Of a stretch of DNA of 64,000 nucleotides, positions 52,080-64,000 are shown in pieces. This DNA is from Felis catus (taxonomy: Eukaryota): the NCBI RefSeq assembly GCF_018350175.1, contig NC_058368.1, positions 183,398,001-183,462,000 on the forward strand. The letters are read 5' to 3'. Within the stretch, counting starts at the first letter, position 1. Each line of letters opens with the position of its first letter. The notes below the pieces were generated by a model. That model did no database searches. It worked only from the letters and a program-made list of their open reading frames with translations, and was not told the origin of the DNA. Made by a program: the position numbers and the translations under genes.

Positions 52080-52645
52080 GCTTTAATGTGGACTTCACTT
52101 TAACCAAGTTATCAGGTTAACTTCAAGTGAGATATAACAAGAACATGTATGGCCTGGAAAAGCTACATCACTTTTTTGTTACTCTTGCCCCAAATACATA
52201 ATCTCAATCTAATTATGAGAAAACATGAGATCAACCCAAATTGCAAACATTCTACAAAATAAGTAGCCAGCATTCTTGAAAATGTTAAATCATGAAATAC
52301 AAGGAGAGACTAAAGAACTATTACACATTAGAGGAGACTAAGGTGAGACATGACAGCTAAATGCAATGTGAAATTATGGAAGGAAAAAAAAAAGGACATT
52401 AGTGAAAAAGGAAAAAAAAAACTTGTGAAATCTGAATAATGCTGTAGTTTAGTTAATTATGCCTATAGTTTAATTAATACCAGCATTAAATTATTAGTTT
52501 TGCCAAATGTCCCATAATGATGTTAGACGTTGACATTACAGAAAACAAAGTGATATGTGCACCAGAAATCAACTTTCTCTATGTCTAAAATTATTTCAAA
52601 ATGGGAAGTAAAAAAAGAAAAGAAATAAAAGAAAAAAAATAAAAA
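52080..52645 (+). mobile_element. Old L1 3' end (L1MC4/L1ME-like)
   Basis: aatctaattatgagaaaaca...cattctacaaaat...gacatgacagctaaatgcaatgtg...gtctaaaattatttcaaaat and an A-rich tail. Confidence 0.7.
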
Positions 52646-53277
52646 AATATTGTGTGAATCATTACTTATGAACATTCATTAACTAAACATCTCAGAATCA
52701 CTTGGATAAAGAACAGTACAAAGAATAAAAGATGCAGTTTTCATATTCATAGGAAATTATCACAATGGCACTAACAGATTTTTGAGAAAATAGCCTGCAT
52801 TGCATTATGTAATATTTTGGTCAAATATAACCTATTTTTGAATATTTATTTTTTAAAGCTTCTTCCTCACCACTAATTAAGGCAGAAGAGACATAAGAGC
52901 AATAGAAATGTTTCAGGGATTTTGAAGTGAGCATAGTGATAATGCCCATCAATTAAAATGGAAAAGAAAGATGATGATGAGAAGGACGTTAAAAGATGCA
53001 GGAAAGAGAAAGCAGTTGTATCATCTTAGTATTACAGAAATGGAGAGATAAAAAGTTACAGAGGATGTCATTCATCAATAGTTTATTAATTCCATCCGAT
53101 TGCTAAAAAAGTATCTTTTCACTTGTCTGATTTCATTCCTCCTTTGATCAGTTAGGGATCTTTCAGTAACTTTCTGTTTCTTTGCATTTCCCCAACTTAA
53201 CAACTCAAGACGTGAAATTTAACACAACAATTTGTGTGAACGCTTAACACAATTCTGTACCCAAATTAATCATACCC

Positions 53278-53760
53278 CAATCAGGACCACTTTTTTAGTT
53301 GCTAGTTTAAGAAATTCAACTCACATTGAATTAAGCAAAAATGAAGTGATTTATTCAAGTATATTGAAAACCCAGAGAACAGAAATAGCCCTGCCTCTGC
53401 TAAATCTAAATCTCAAACTGTCATTGCAGTACCTCTTTGTCTTCAGCTCTTTGTCTGTTTTTCCAAGTGGGCTTCATCAAGTGGGCTATCTTCACTTGGT
53501 AGGAACAATGATCTCCAGCAGCTTGTTTAATTTGCTCTTTATTGATGGAAATTTCCAGATGATAAACAACATTTTTTTAAACTTCTCTAAAGAGCAGGAA
53601 ATTATGGCCTGTTGTGACATGTGTCCTGAATCAAACCCATACCTACTAAGTTGGAAGGGCATAAAAGATACGGACTGAGTTATTTTTTCCTCTGGGGCAG
53701 GATGTGTGATTTTTACCTAGTCAAATCACATGGACAGAACAAGATTTTTATAAAAAGTTG
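53278..53760 (-). mobile_element. Old MaLR LTR (MLT1J/K/L-like)
   Basis: tagttgctag...aagaaattcaactcacattgaattaagcaaaaa...gatttatt resembles the reverse of old MLT1 3' ends. Confidence 0.5.
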
Positions 53761-53894
53761 TGATATCTTAAAAGAAAGAAAGTTGGGTTATTATTATTTT
53801 TTATTATGACAGTGATTATCATCATTCCCTAGGAATGTGTACCCTCAGAAACAGATTGATTCTAATAATGTTTACCTTAGTACAAACTTCTTTT

Positions 53895-54084
53895 TTTTAA
53901 GTTTATTTATTTTGAGAGAGAGCATGGGGGAGAGGCAGAGAAAGAGGGAAACACAGAGAATCCCAAGCAGGCTCCATGCTGTCAGCAAAGAGGTCTAAAC
54001 AGGGCTCAAACCCACAAACCATGAGATCATGACTGAACTGAAACTGAGTTGGACGCTTACCTGACTGAGTCACCCAGGCAGCCC
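53895..54084 (-). mobile_element. Can-SINE
   Basis: Reverse SINE; TSD agtacaaacttctttt at 53879-53894 and 54093-54108. Confidence 0.92.
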
Positions 54085-54157
54085 AGTACAACAGTACAAA
54101 CTTCTTTTACTTGGTTCTCTTATCCCTCCCCTATTTAAATATCATAAGATGAGAGGC

Positions 54158-54226
<69 letters not shown>

Positions 54227-54286
54227 TATATGTATATACATATATGTATATATATATACACGTACATATATATACATATATATATG
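54158..54286. repeat. Compound (TA)/(TG)11/(TA)8/(CA)11 microsatellite
   Basis: Read directly from the sequence; continuous alternating purine-pyrimidine tract. Confidence 0.97.
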
Positions 54287-55637
54287 CAATATGGAAACAA
54301 ATTATACCATAATTTAAACATGCAAAATAAAATATAGTGTTTTTCAAACATTTATTCTATACATAATAGACAGCATAATTTATAGAGAATATAAATGCTC
54401 AAGAACCTGTATTTCACACTTTAAGTAAAATGACTGCGAGTTCTTTGCACTATTAGAGCTGAAATATACGCACATTGTTTTTCAAATTTCATTTTCCATG
54501 TGAATGGTTTTCTTTTCTGAGCATGGTAATTACTTGCATATATTTCTCCTTAGACTATGAAATAGAAAACAAGTTAACAATCCACCCACATCTTCTGTTT
54601 TATGTTAAAGAATATTGTGTTAAAGAACAAGGGTGGGTGGCTAAATAAACATTATTAATGCTTATGTACTCTAATTTATCTACTCTTATATTCTGGCTGC
54701 CTCTATTTCTTTTGCTATAAAAAAATCATGTTTCTGTGAATTTAAATGTAATTAACTTTGTGCAATTACTTTTACAAAGAAATATACTTTTGCATTTTAC
54801 CTAAAATGGAAACAATAGAAAATTAAATTTGGTACATATGCACCATATCACTTTATTTTTTTATTGAAGCCCTATTAGAGAGAAGATGCAAATATGATAG
54901 TTAAATGCAATTAAATTACGTTAATCTGATCCTTAGCAGAAAGTGTTAAGAAATAATTTTAAAACCAACTTGTGACTCAACTTAGAAATATAAAATTGCT
55001 TAATCTAAAAAATTGTAAATTACATATTCCAAAATTAGAAATACAACCATTTCTTCTTACAATATTAATTTTTTCAAAGATAAATTAACATTAATGTTCT
55101 AAAAAATTAAAATCATAGTTATGACAGCTCTCTTTTCATTCTTCCCACCTTTTTTCTCTAATTTCCTATAAAACTGGTTTTAGTGATGCAGACATCATTT
55201 CAGGGGTCATTTCCAGACCCAGGGCCTGTTCTACAAGGCATATCAACAGATAATAGGTAATTTTCCCCCCAATTTTCACTATTTTCTAGGTATTCTTCAA
55301 GTTTTGTACATATGAGGTGGTTGGTAAAGTGCATCCTGCTCAGTTCATCTGAGGCACTAAGATCCTAAGTGCATTTCACTTTCCTTTGTGACACGCTACA
55401 TGTCCAAAAAAGGACTTACAAATGAGGATTTGGATGACCTGGATGACTGGATGACCTGAGGATGGCCAGCTGAATACTTTAATCACCATGTTACATTGCT
55501 TCAACAGAACCTAACCTTGATCTTCTCAAGCCCAGAGGTCTAACCAGGAACTGAACCCCCAGTTATTGACTCTGACCTTAAATTTTGAGTCTCTTGAACC
55601 TACTCTTTTACTCTTAACCTTGACCTATGAACATCTT

Positions 55638-55852
55638 TATTATTATTATTATAATTTTTAATGTTTATTTTTGAGAGAGAGAGAATGAGTGCAAGCAGGG
55701 GAGGGGAAGACAGGGAGACACAGAATCTGAAGCAGGCTCCAGGCTCCAAGCTGTCAGTGCAGAGCCTGATGTAGGGCTCAAGCTCACAAACCTGAAGATC
55801 CTGACCTGAGCCAAAGTCAAATGTTTAACTGACTGAGCCACCCAGGTGCCCC
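55638..55852 (-). mobile_element. Can-SINE
   Basis: Reverse SINE; TSD gacctatgaa(t)catctt at 55622-55637 and 55853-55869. Confidence 0.94.
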
Positions 55853-56018
55853 GACCTATGAATCATCTTAATCTCAATTTGTATTTCTGTTCTTGCCTCT
55901 CAACTCCAAACCACCCAGAACTTCTGGCAAAAGAACTCTGACCAGGTTCTTCACCTAAACACTCCAGCAAGCTAAATGTCTTTAAAACTTTGTAACCTGT
56001 ATTTTAAATGATAAAATA

Positions 56019-56021
<3 letters not shown>

Positions 56022-56069
<48 letters not shown>
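56022..56069. repeat. (AT)n microsatellite
   Basis: Read directly from the sequence. Confidence 0.97.
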
Positions 56070-56071
<2 letters not shown>

Positions 56072-59000
56072 CACTCATACTATATTCACCAGACATACAA
56101 TATATACTAAAACAATACAGAAATATATTAACAGGTTTCTATAAAGCACTATGCTTGAGCTTTAAAAAGCGAACACCAATAACATGAGTAGTAAAGGGGA
56201 CAGTGCAAGCAAATAGGTATGAGGCAATAGGATTGATCGGGGGCAAGTAGGACTTGATGAATCACATGAATGTTGGTTAAAGACAACTTGAAGAGACACA
56301 GGCATAAATAAACAAGTCATAGGGCTCCAGCATTCCTTTTCTTCTTTACCTTTCTTTTCTTTCTTCTCACTTTCTGAACTTTCAATTTTTCTTTTTTTGA
56401 CTTTGAATTTTTACATTTGATGACCTAAAGGTTGTGACTGAGGGGAGTACCACTACTGATGCTGTTAGAATGCAGTATTCATTTTCCAGTAATAATTTCT
56501 ATCAGTGATAGTCAATGGGGAAATTTCAAAACAAGACAATCACATTTCGTATATGAATACACTCTTAGTATTTTAATCCTGAGCATAACTTTCAAAGAAG
56601 TATGGCTCTGTGATATGGAAAGACATTAGTACACTTGTGGTGTTCTCTTTCTTTGTTTTCCCCTTACCCTGGTTGACATTACAATCTTCCCCCTAAACAA
56701 ACTCCTACAAACTAGAGAAAGAAGGGAGTTGGGATAGAACATAAAAGAGTTAAAGTCTGATCAGAAGCTTTGCATCTGCAGGACATCCAGAGTAAGCTGG
56801 GGAGTGGAACAAAACTCCCATATATGTTTATTTAAGGGTAGAAATGAATTGTGCCTCACCTTTTGTCTGGTTCACAACCCACAGAGTCTCCCACATATTC
56901 AGGATATGGAAGAAAAGAGCAGATTGCTATCTAAAGAACGTGAGGGGGCCTTTCATAAACTACATGTAAACCCAGTATGTTGCAGTGAGCAGCCATGGTT
57001 TTCTTCCTGTATGGTTATGAACAGCATGGAATGTTATGAGCAGCTTTATCCCAAACAGATCTTAAGTACAGACCAGGAGAGTAATTCTCCAATGCTAGAA
57101 TGGACAGTAGAGCTAGTGACCAAGTGGGAACATAAACTTCTTGGTGGCAAATATCAACCTTTTGTAATTAGGTAAGGTAAGGGCCCAGTGGGTGAATCAC
57201 ACCATGGAGGATGAAAAACGTAATGCTGGGAGCTTCTTTCAAGCAACAGCATTATTCAAGTCATAGAAACCACCTCATCCCATTCACTGAGATTTAGATG
57301 CCACCTAGGAAAGAAAAGGTGAGAGCAGAAAAGATGAGCTCAAGCTACGATGGAGTTTAAACCTAAAATAACTGAAAAACTGGACATTAAATTCTCTGCT
57401 ATCACACAGAATGGTTAATTTCAATTATAGAAAAAAGAAAAGAAAATTACATTTCTCTTGCACCTGAATTTGTTCCCTGAAAATATCATACTTGCTAAAG
57501 GAGTTTATCAATGTTCATGTAACTGATCTATGGCTCAAGTTAATTATTTTTATGGAGTAAATGAATATTCATGAAACTGCAACTATATTATAATTATGAT
57601 TCTCTGTCAGTATTTGAAATTCAGACTAGACAGGCACCCATATATTCCCAAGGGAATGGGAGCTATGCACCCCTTTGAAAACATTAGCTGGTCTTAATAA
57701 GCTTAAGCCTCAAGAAAAGCATCCTTAACTCAAGGTGAGAGTCATAGGAAAACTGATACCCAAGCACCATGTTGGTAAAATATCTCTGAGGATATAAATG
57801 AACTATACTTTCACAATGATTCTTTTTTTTTTCTAAAAAGATAGATCCTTATTCTAAATATTCAGTTTCATGCAGAGCAGTTAGAGGCAGTGACACATCT
57901 TGATTAACTGAAGTCTATAGTTGAAAATTTGCAGAGAAGTCGAGTTACTTTCAGCTATAATACTCTATAACTATGATTTCTTCTTAATCTTGGGAGAACA
58001 TTTTACTATGTTTCTAATGATTTTGACTTTCTAAAAGTGAAATCCCATTTATAAATATTCTAAAATGTTAAGCAATCTGCACTGTTGTAATACATCCTAA
58101 GATGAAATGCAGGTGGGGGTAGGGACAGGAATGGTGTTAATTGATTAAAAATATTAGTTTTGCATGGAGGATTGTAGAGGATGTCAAAGCTTAGTTCTAC
58201 TAGAAGATTCAGTGCCAAATTATACACTGTATTAAACAACATAAGCAGCATTAAAAATTAACAGCAACTCAGCATTAAGTCTTGATTATATTGTCAATGA
58301 AGATGATAATTGGGAGGGTTTAAAATAAAATTTGCAATAAAGGAAACAATTTCATTACTTCAAGTGCTTCTATGATACTGTGTTTTTGCTTAAACTTTTA
58401 TTTTAAATTACATTACATTAATCACTATTAACCAATGAAATGCAGCTTAGGGAGAAAATGCATGTGGAATGCAGTTACATGTGAGTTGAAAATTAGTGGT
58501 GTCACAGATACAGACTGGTACGGCTCTTTATTTTGTTTCCCCCAGTCCTAGAACTGAAGATATCAGCCCACTTGTGATTTCTGGAAGACAGAATATCATG
58601 GGATAGTTGGGAGGTGGTATTGCCAATTTAAAGAATGCTCAAGGTTGAAATGTGGAAAGAATCAAGATTATGATCCATTAGCCAAACTCTCAGACATACA
58701 TATCAGAGAAACGAAACATAAAGAGGAGGGTGAAGAAGGTCATGGATGATGAACATACGTATACTCTTTACACGTTATATGTTAATTTGCCAACTTGCTT
58801 GCAAAATACACAAAGTAACATTAAACATAAGAATAAAGTCTTAATTCTGAATAATACTATAATCTTTCTATTTTACCTCTACTAGTCTGATTATAATAAC
58901 TAGCACTTAATAAGCATTTACTTTGTGACAATGCACTGACATTTTTGTATAACTTGAGCCTTAAAAAAAAGAAAAAAAAGATAAGAATTATTATTATTCA

Positions 59001-59741
59001 CTTACAGAGGATAAGATAAAGACTTATAAGAGGAAGAGAGACTGTGTTCCCCCAGCATACTCCACTTTGTATTTTTGCCCTCCTGCTTCCCTTTCACTAG
59101 AATAAAAATATATGTCAACTATTTAATCTTTGTCAACATTTTCTTTCTTCCATATTTTAAAATAATATGCTTATATTGTCATTATTTTTATTAGTAGGCA
59201 TTCATTGTTTAATATTTACTAAAAAAAAAGGATTTAACTTTTTTTATAACATGTACTCAAAACACACTTTTCTCCCTGTACTTACAAAAAAAAAAAAAAA
59301 AGCACTGCTTCACAGATGATGACATTCCTTTCTTTATACATATGTATATATTTCTTCTTAGAGTTAATAATTGACTGTTATTTTGCTTTAGTTTTGAATA
59401 TTCTTTTCTCCAATTCAATTTCAAAATTTCTGGGAGAAATGCTCTATCAATACATAAAGACATCTTAAGTATATATTAGGCATAATGTAAGAGTTCACTT
59501 TTTATTCTTTTCAGAAATATTGACATGAAACTGGATGTCTTCCCACAACAGTTTTGAAGGGTTATTTCTAAGCTTTCTCCACAGTTTTTCTGCTGGTAGT
59601 TCGTTTAATCATCCTGATCATTATCTCTCAAGTTTTTGAAAAACTCTTTAAAAATTCAGTAAAATATCAAGTATTGCATTTGTCCCATTCTTTCTATTCT
59701 CCTTCTAAGACTACAGTTATATGTATGTTTGAAATTTTCAA

Positions 59742-59953
59742 GGGGCACCTGGGTTGCTCAGTTAGTTAAGCACCTGACTCCTGATTTCAGCTCAGGCCAT
59801 GACCTCCCAGTTTATGAGTGTTAGCCCCACATTAGGCTCTGAGCTGACAGCATGGGGCCTGCTTGGGATTCTCTCTGTCTCCCTCTCTCTCTGCCCCTCC
59901 CCATTCCCTCTCTCTCTCTCTCTAAAATGAATACACTTAAAAAAAAAAAAAAA
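59742..59953 (+). mobile_element. Can-SINE
   Basis: GGGGCACCTGGGTTGCTCAG head, CT tract, poly-A; no clear TSD. Confidence 0.93.
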
Positions 59954-60843
59954 GAAATAACCTACTGATGCAACATTTAGATTGTAAATTATACAAAACA
60001 AGAATTCAGAAATTCAAATGTAAATGTCCTTAATATATAATATGTTAGTAACAATGCTTATCTGAAAGATAAAGAAACTAAGATTTATAAATAAACTAAG
60101 ATAAATAAACTAGGAGTTTTAGAAATCTATGAGACAGAATTTAAAACCTGTGTATATCTTGCAAAGAATAAAAAACATTCCACTGTACATCTAAAATACT
60201 GCTTATTACTTAACTTCCCATCTCTTAAAATTAAACAATGATTTAATAAAACTTTTCTGTGGAAAATTACATAATTTCTTGTAAGTGATTATTAAGTAAA
60301 TGATGTCAAATATAAAAGTTGATAAAAGAGGGTACACTTATTTCCCCTAAATGTATTTTAACCCAGTAACTCGTTTTTGTTCTCCTATTTTTCACATCTT
60401 ACACCTAATGAATGACATTTTTCAAGTCTTGTTTGTAAGGTAAAATTAAGTAAATTATAGAGCAAATATCTGAATAAAGGTGAATCTTAATATACAGTGG
60501 ATCCTAGCATTTCATTTTAAAATTTCTCTTTCCAGCTAAATACAATAAAGAATAACCTTAAAAACTCACCTACTGATGTCCAGTGGTAGCTCAATCTTCA
60601 CAGCCTGTGGGCTTTTCTCTAAGAAGCCCACCCATACTCACTTCCACTGGTTGGATTAATTTCTTACCAAGATTCAGTTCTGTATTCCTCAAAATTATCT
60701 ATGCAAGGTGTACTTTTTATTAGAACTGTAAGTTTTAATTAGAGTCTATTTAAAACAATGAAACATGAATGCACAAATAAAATTGTTGTTACTATCAAAA
60801 CCAAGTTGGCACTTGGCAGAAGCTTGATGAAAAAAGTACTAAA

Positions 60844-61010
60844 GGGGGCACCTGGGTGGCTCAGTTGGTAAAGTGTCAGACCCTTGATTTTGACTCAGGT
60901 AATGATCTCACAGTCTGTGGGATCAAGCCCTGTGTTGGTCTCTGTGCTGTCAGCCTGGGATTCTCTCTCTCCCTCTCTCAAATTAAATAAATAAATAAAC
61001 TTAAAACTTC
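60844..61010 (+). mobile_element. Can-SINE with internal deletions
   Basis: SINE head and shortened body; flanks aaaaaagtactaa and aaaaaagtcttaa. Confidence 0.9.
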
Positions 61011-62913
61011 AAAAAAAGTCTTAAGAGGTTAGGCATGGATGAGAAAACAGTGACTTTTCTGTAAGAACTTTTTAAACATCATCTAGAAAAACGTGCACTC
61101 AGATTTGCAAATATCTTTAAGTTCACATACACACACTTACACATGCCCAAATGAATACAAAGCAATGCATCAACATATCACTGGGAAGGCTAGCTGTCTA
61201 TTTTCTATTATCTTATTTGAAAATTTCCTATAATTTCATGCATTACTTTTACAATATGGGAAAAACACCTATCACTGTTTGTAAAATTGAAGGAATGACA
61301 CTTTTATAGTTCTTTTAAATTTTAAATTTGGATTGTATCCAGTGTTTGTGCACTTTTTGTGTAAAAGGCCACTGTTAGCCACAGTGTCATGGACAAAATT
61401 ATACAAAATAAAAACATTATAGGCATAATTAATATATTTTTCTCTGTGAAGGTATAATACCATTTATGTATTTATATAAAATTTTTGCACAATTGGTTTT
61501 AGATGGCTTACAATAATAAATATAGCAAATATATTCAGAGAAAAAAAATCAGGATAAAATATATAAAGCTGAGTCCAGAAGTACACATGGCACCTAACAC
61601 TTTTAAGTTAATAGAAGGGGGTCACACAGGAACTTCCTTGCAAGTAGATCAAAGAGAAAACAGCATTAATTACTGGATTCCCTACAGAAAGGACTGAGAG
61701 GTCCCTAAGTATGATTTCAAACAGTAGCATATAAAAATAACACTGTTGGTCTACATCATTGTCACAACAATTATTATCACTTCTTTCTTATTGATAAAAG
61801 CACTTCTCTACCTTGTATAGAAAATTTTGAAATAGAAGTTTTACACTAAAATGTTGTACTACACAGAGCTCAGTCCTATATGAAAACAATACTACTTGTA
61901 TGCATATAAAGCAACAATCCAAACATGCCAAGTACATACAACTAACAGATATAAAGAAATCAAATTATATAGAAAGTTTTGTGTTGAAGCTTAAACTATT
62001 ACAGCTACCTAATATGTGTAGTTAAACTACATGTTACATGTAGTTAAACTACGTGCTACTTTAAACAAAGATATAAGTATCTGGATATTACTTTTAGAGC
62101 CATTTTCACTCTTAGGAGTTGCAAGCTTTTAAACACAGTTCTGAGTGGCAATCTTGTAATACAAAGTAACATAAAATGACAACCTCTAAAAGTGTGTATT
62201 ATATTTATCAAAATTAAATATCTGTTAAAACAATCCTTCTTACAGCATGGCAAGTGAGAAATAACACGCATACACATAACTTAAAACAGAAAACATCTGT
62301 TCTATATTTCATGAGGAGATCATTATTGAAAATATAGGTCAATTAATTCTTTGTTAGTTTTTCACTTTTCAGGGATTACTTTAGACCCCCAGATTCTGTT
62401 CAAGGAAGTAATTAGTGAAAACAGTGAAATCAATTGTTAAATAATTCTGTCAAAAATAAAGATAAAAAGGAACTGCTCCTAAGTTCAGCTTCTTTTCCCT
62501 ACTTGGTTTCACTGCACACATATCAAGGCATCCGACATTCATGCTGTAGGCTTCATTGTGCTGACCACATCTCATCCATGCCATCCCCTAGATTCCTGGC
62601 AAATGTGACCTCCTTTCCTTTCATAATTGCCACCATCTCAATTTATACCAGGGCCAAGGAAACTATTTTCCAAATGTCTCTTCATTTTAGGTCACTTCTT
62701 GAGGATCTATCATCTTTACTATATTCAAAAGTGTTTTATTACTCACACCTAGCAGTAAAAGGTTTGTGAAGTCAAGCTGGCCTCTAATATTCATAGTGGC
62801 ATTTATTGCTAACATTGAGTATTGCATTGTTGTACTAATACATGTTTTTCCATGATGAAACATGACATAATAGATATGCCTGAATGGTGAGATGAAGATA
62901 AAATCCTATTTTA

Positions 62914-63133
62914 TTTTTTTTTCAACGTTTTTATTTTATTTTATTTTTGGGACAGAGAGAGACAGAGCATGAACGGGGGAGGGGCAGAGAGACAGGGAGA
63001 CACAGAATCGGAAACAGGCTCCAGGCTCTGAGCCATCAGCCCAGAGCCTGACGCGGGGCTCCAACTCCCGGACCACGAGATCGTGACCTGGCTGAAGTTG
63101 GACGCTTAACCGACTGCGCCACCCAGGCGCCCC
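62914..63133 (-). mobile_element. Young SINEC_Fc-type Can-SINE
   Basis: CpG-rich; reverse reads GGGGCGCCTGGGTGGCGCAGTCGG...ctgggctgatggctcagagcc; TSD taaaatc(c/t)tatttta at 62899-62913 and 63134-63148. Confidence 0.96.
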
Positions 63134-64000
63134 TAAAATCTTATTTTAAATTGCCTCCTGAGCATGATTACAAATTTGTATCATTAATAATAGTAGGTAT
63201 TTTTTGTATACACCAAATTGTCCTCTTAATAATTTGTTTTTGGCCAACTTATAGGCAGATCAGATCATAACTGTCTGACCTCATTATACTGGCAACCGAC
63301 AGTTTATGATTAATTCTGTGGCATTGCTGTCATTTTTGTTGGTTGCTTATGCTTGCTTTATTACAATGAACTTCAAATATTTGGTAAAGCATTCATACAT
63401 TTTGTAAAGTTAAGCTTAAAGCTGGATAATAGAATTCATGAATCCACTATCAGATAGGCATGAATGTCAATAGATACAGTGAACCAAATGCTAGAAGAAA
63501 TGAAAGATGGACCACCATTTCCACTGGTTTGAAATCTCCACACTCCCCTAAGGATACTTTACTGACTATATATGATATGAAACTGTATGACACCCAGACC
63601 AAATTGCCAGTGCCAGAAAAACCCATAGAGTACTGCAAAGCTCACTACTGTAACACTGTAAATTAAAAACAAACATAAGGAGTTCAAATATTGTGTTCAA
63701 GATCTCAATGGATTGTGATGTCCAATGTAATTCTAAAGCACAGATCTGATCATATCCCTCTACTTAATAAAAATTGGAGGGATTCTCCACTGCTTTAGCA
63801 AATTATTTTCACATTTCATATATTCTTATGTTTCCTAATTTTTATATACGTGCCCTCTATTCTAATCACTTAGAAATACATATATTTTCAAAATATATAC
63901 CGTATCCTCACATTAATGGGTTTCTGTTTAGACTTTACCTTCCATCTTAAATATGTACTACAATTACCATTTCTATCTGTCAAAATGCCTCAATGGAATT

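Noticed and set aside
53232..53678. 148-aa ORF
   Set aside because: It has a non-ATG start, overlaps an old MaLR-like LTR and shows no recognisable domain.
56804..57175. 123-aa ORF ending near GTAAG motifs
   Set aside because: It has a GTG start and no recognisable homology, and the region may be an ancient LTR remnant that I cannot assign.
63450..63666. Opposing 62-aa and 68-aa ORFs with a minus-strand acceptor-like site near 63657
   Set aside because: I recognise neither peptide, all three frames after the acceptor hit stops, and I found no convincing donor.

Overview
This is AT-rich, apparently non-coding mammalian DNA. The 24 tRNA-derived Can-SINEs, mostly of the felid SINEC_Fc type, indicate a carnivore, most likely a cat-family genome. 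I found no credible protein-coding gene: the long ORFs in the track come from microsatellites, SINEs or a minisatellite. The window looks like a gene desert or very large intron filled with layered repeats: SINEs with target-site duplications (TSDs), old L1, L2 and MIR fragments, MaLR (MLT1) LTRs, hAT MITEs (MER5, MER20, MER53), a 3'-truncated 5S rRNA retropseudogene and many microsatellites. The most notable items are: (1) a degenerate ~26-bp minisatellite with a conserved TAATGARAT core, variable linkers and a ~199-bp higher-order duplication (45.7-46.1 kb); (2) a 1052-bp betaretrovirus-like solo LTR with a long U3 and a 6-bp TSD that diverged by reciprocal CpG decay; (3) two motif-rich, repeat-free candidate enhancers in or beside a ~14-kb SINE-free interval; (4) a 482-bp purine tract and a perfect 70-bp (TG)11(TA)8(CA)11 palindrome; (5) two SINEs inserted at the same target, leaving three copies of it. 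Repeat family names come from recalled consensus sequences, not database searches, and the boundaries of old elements are approximate.
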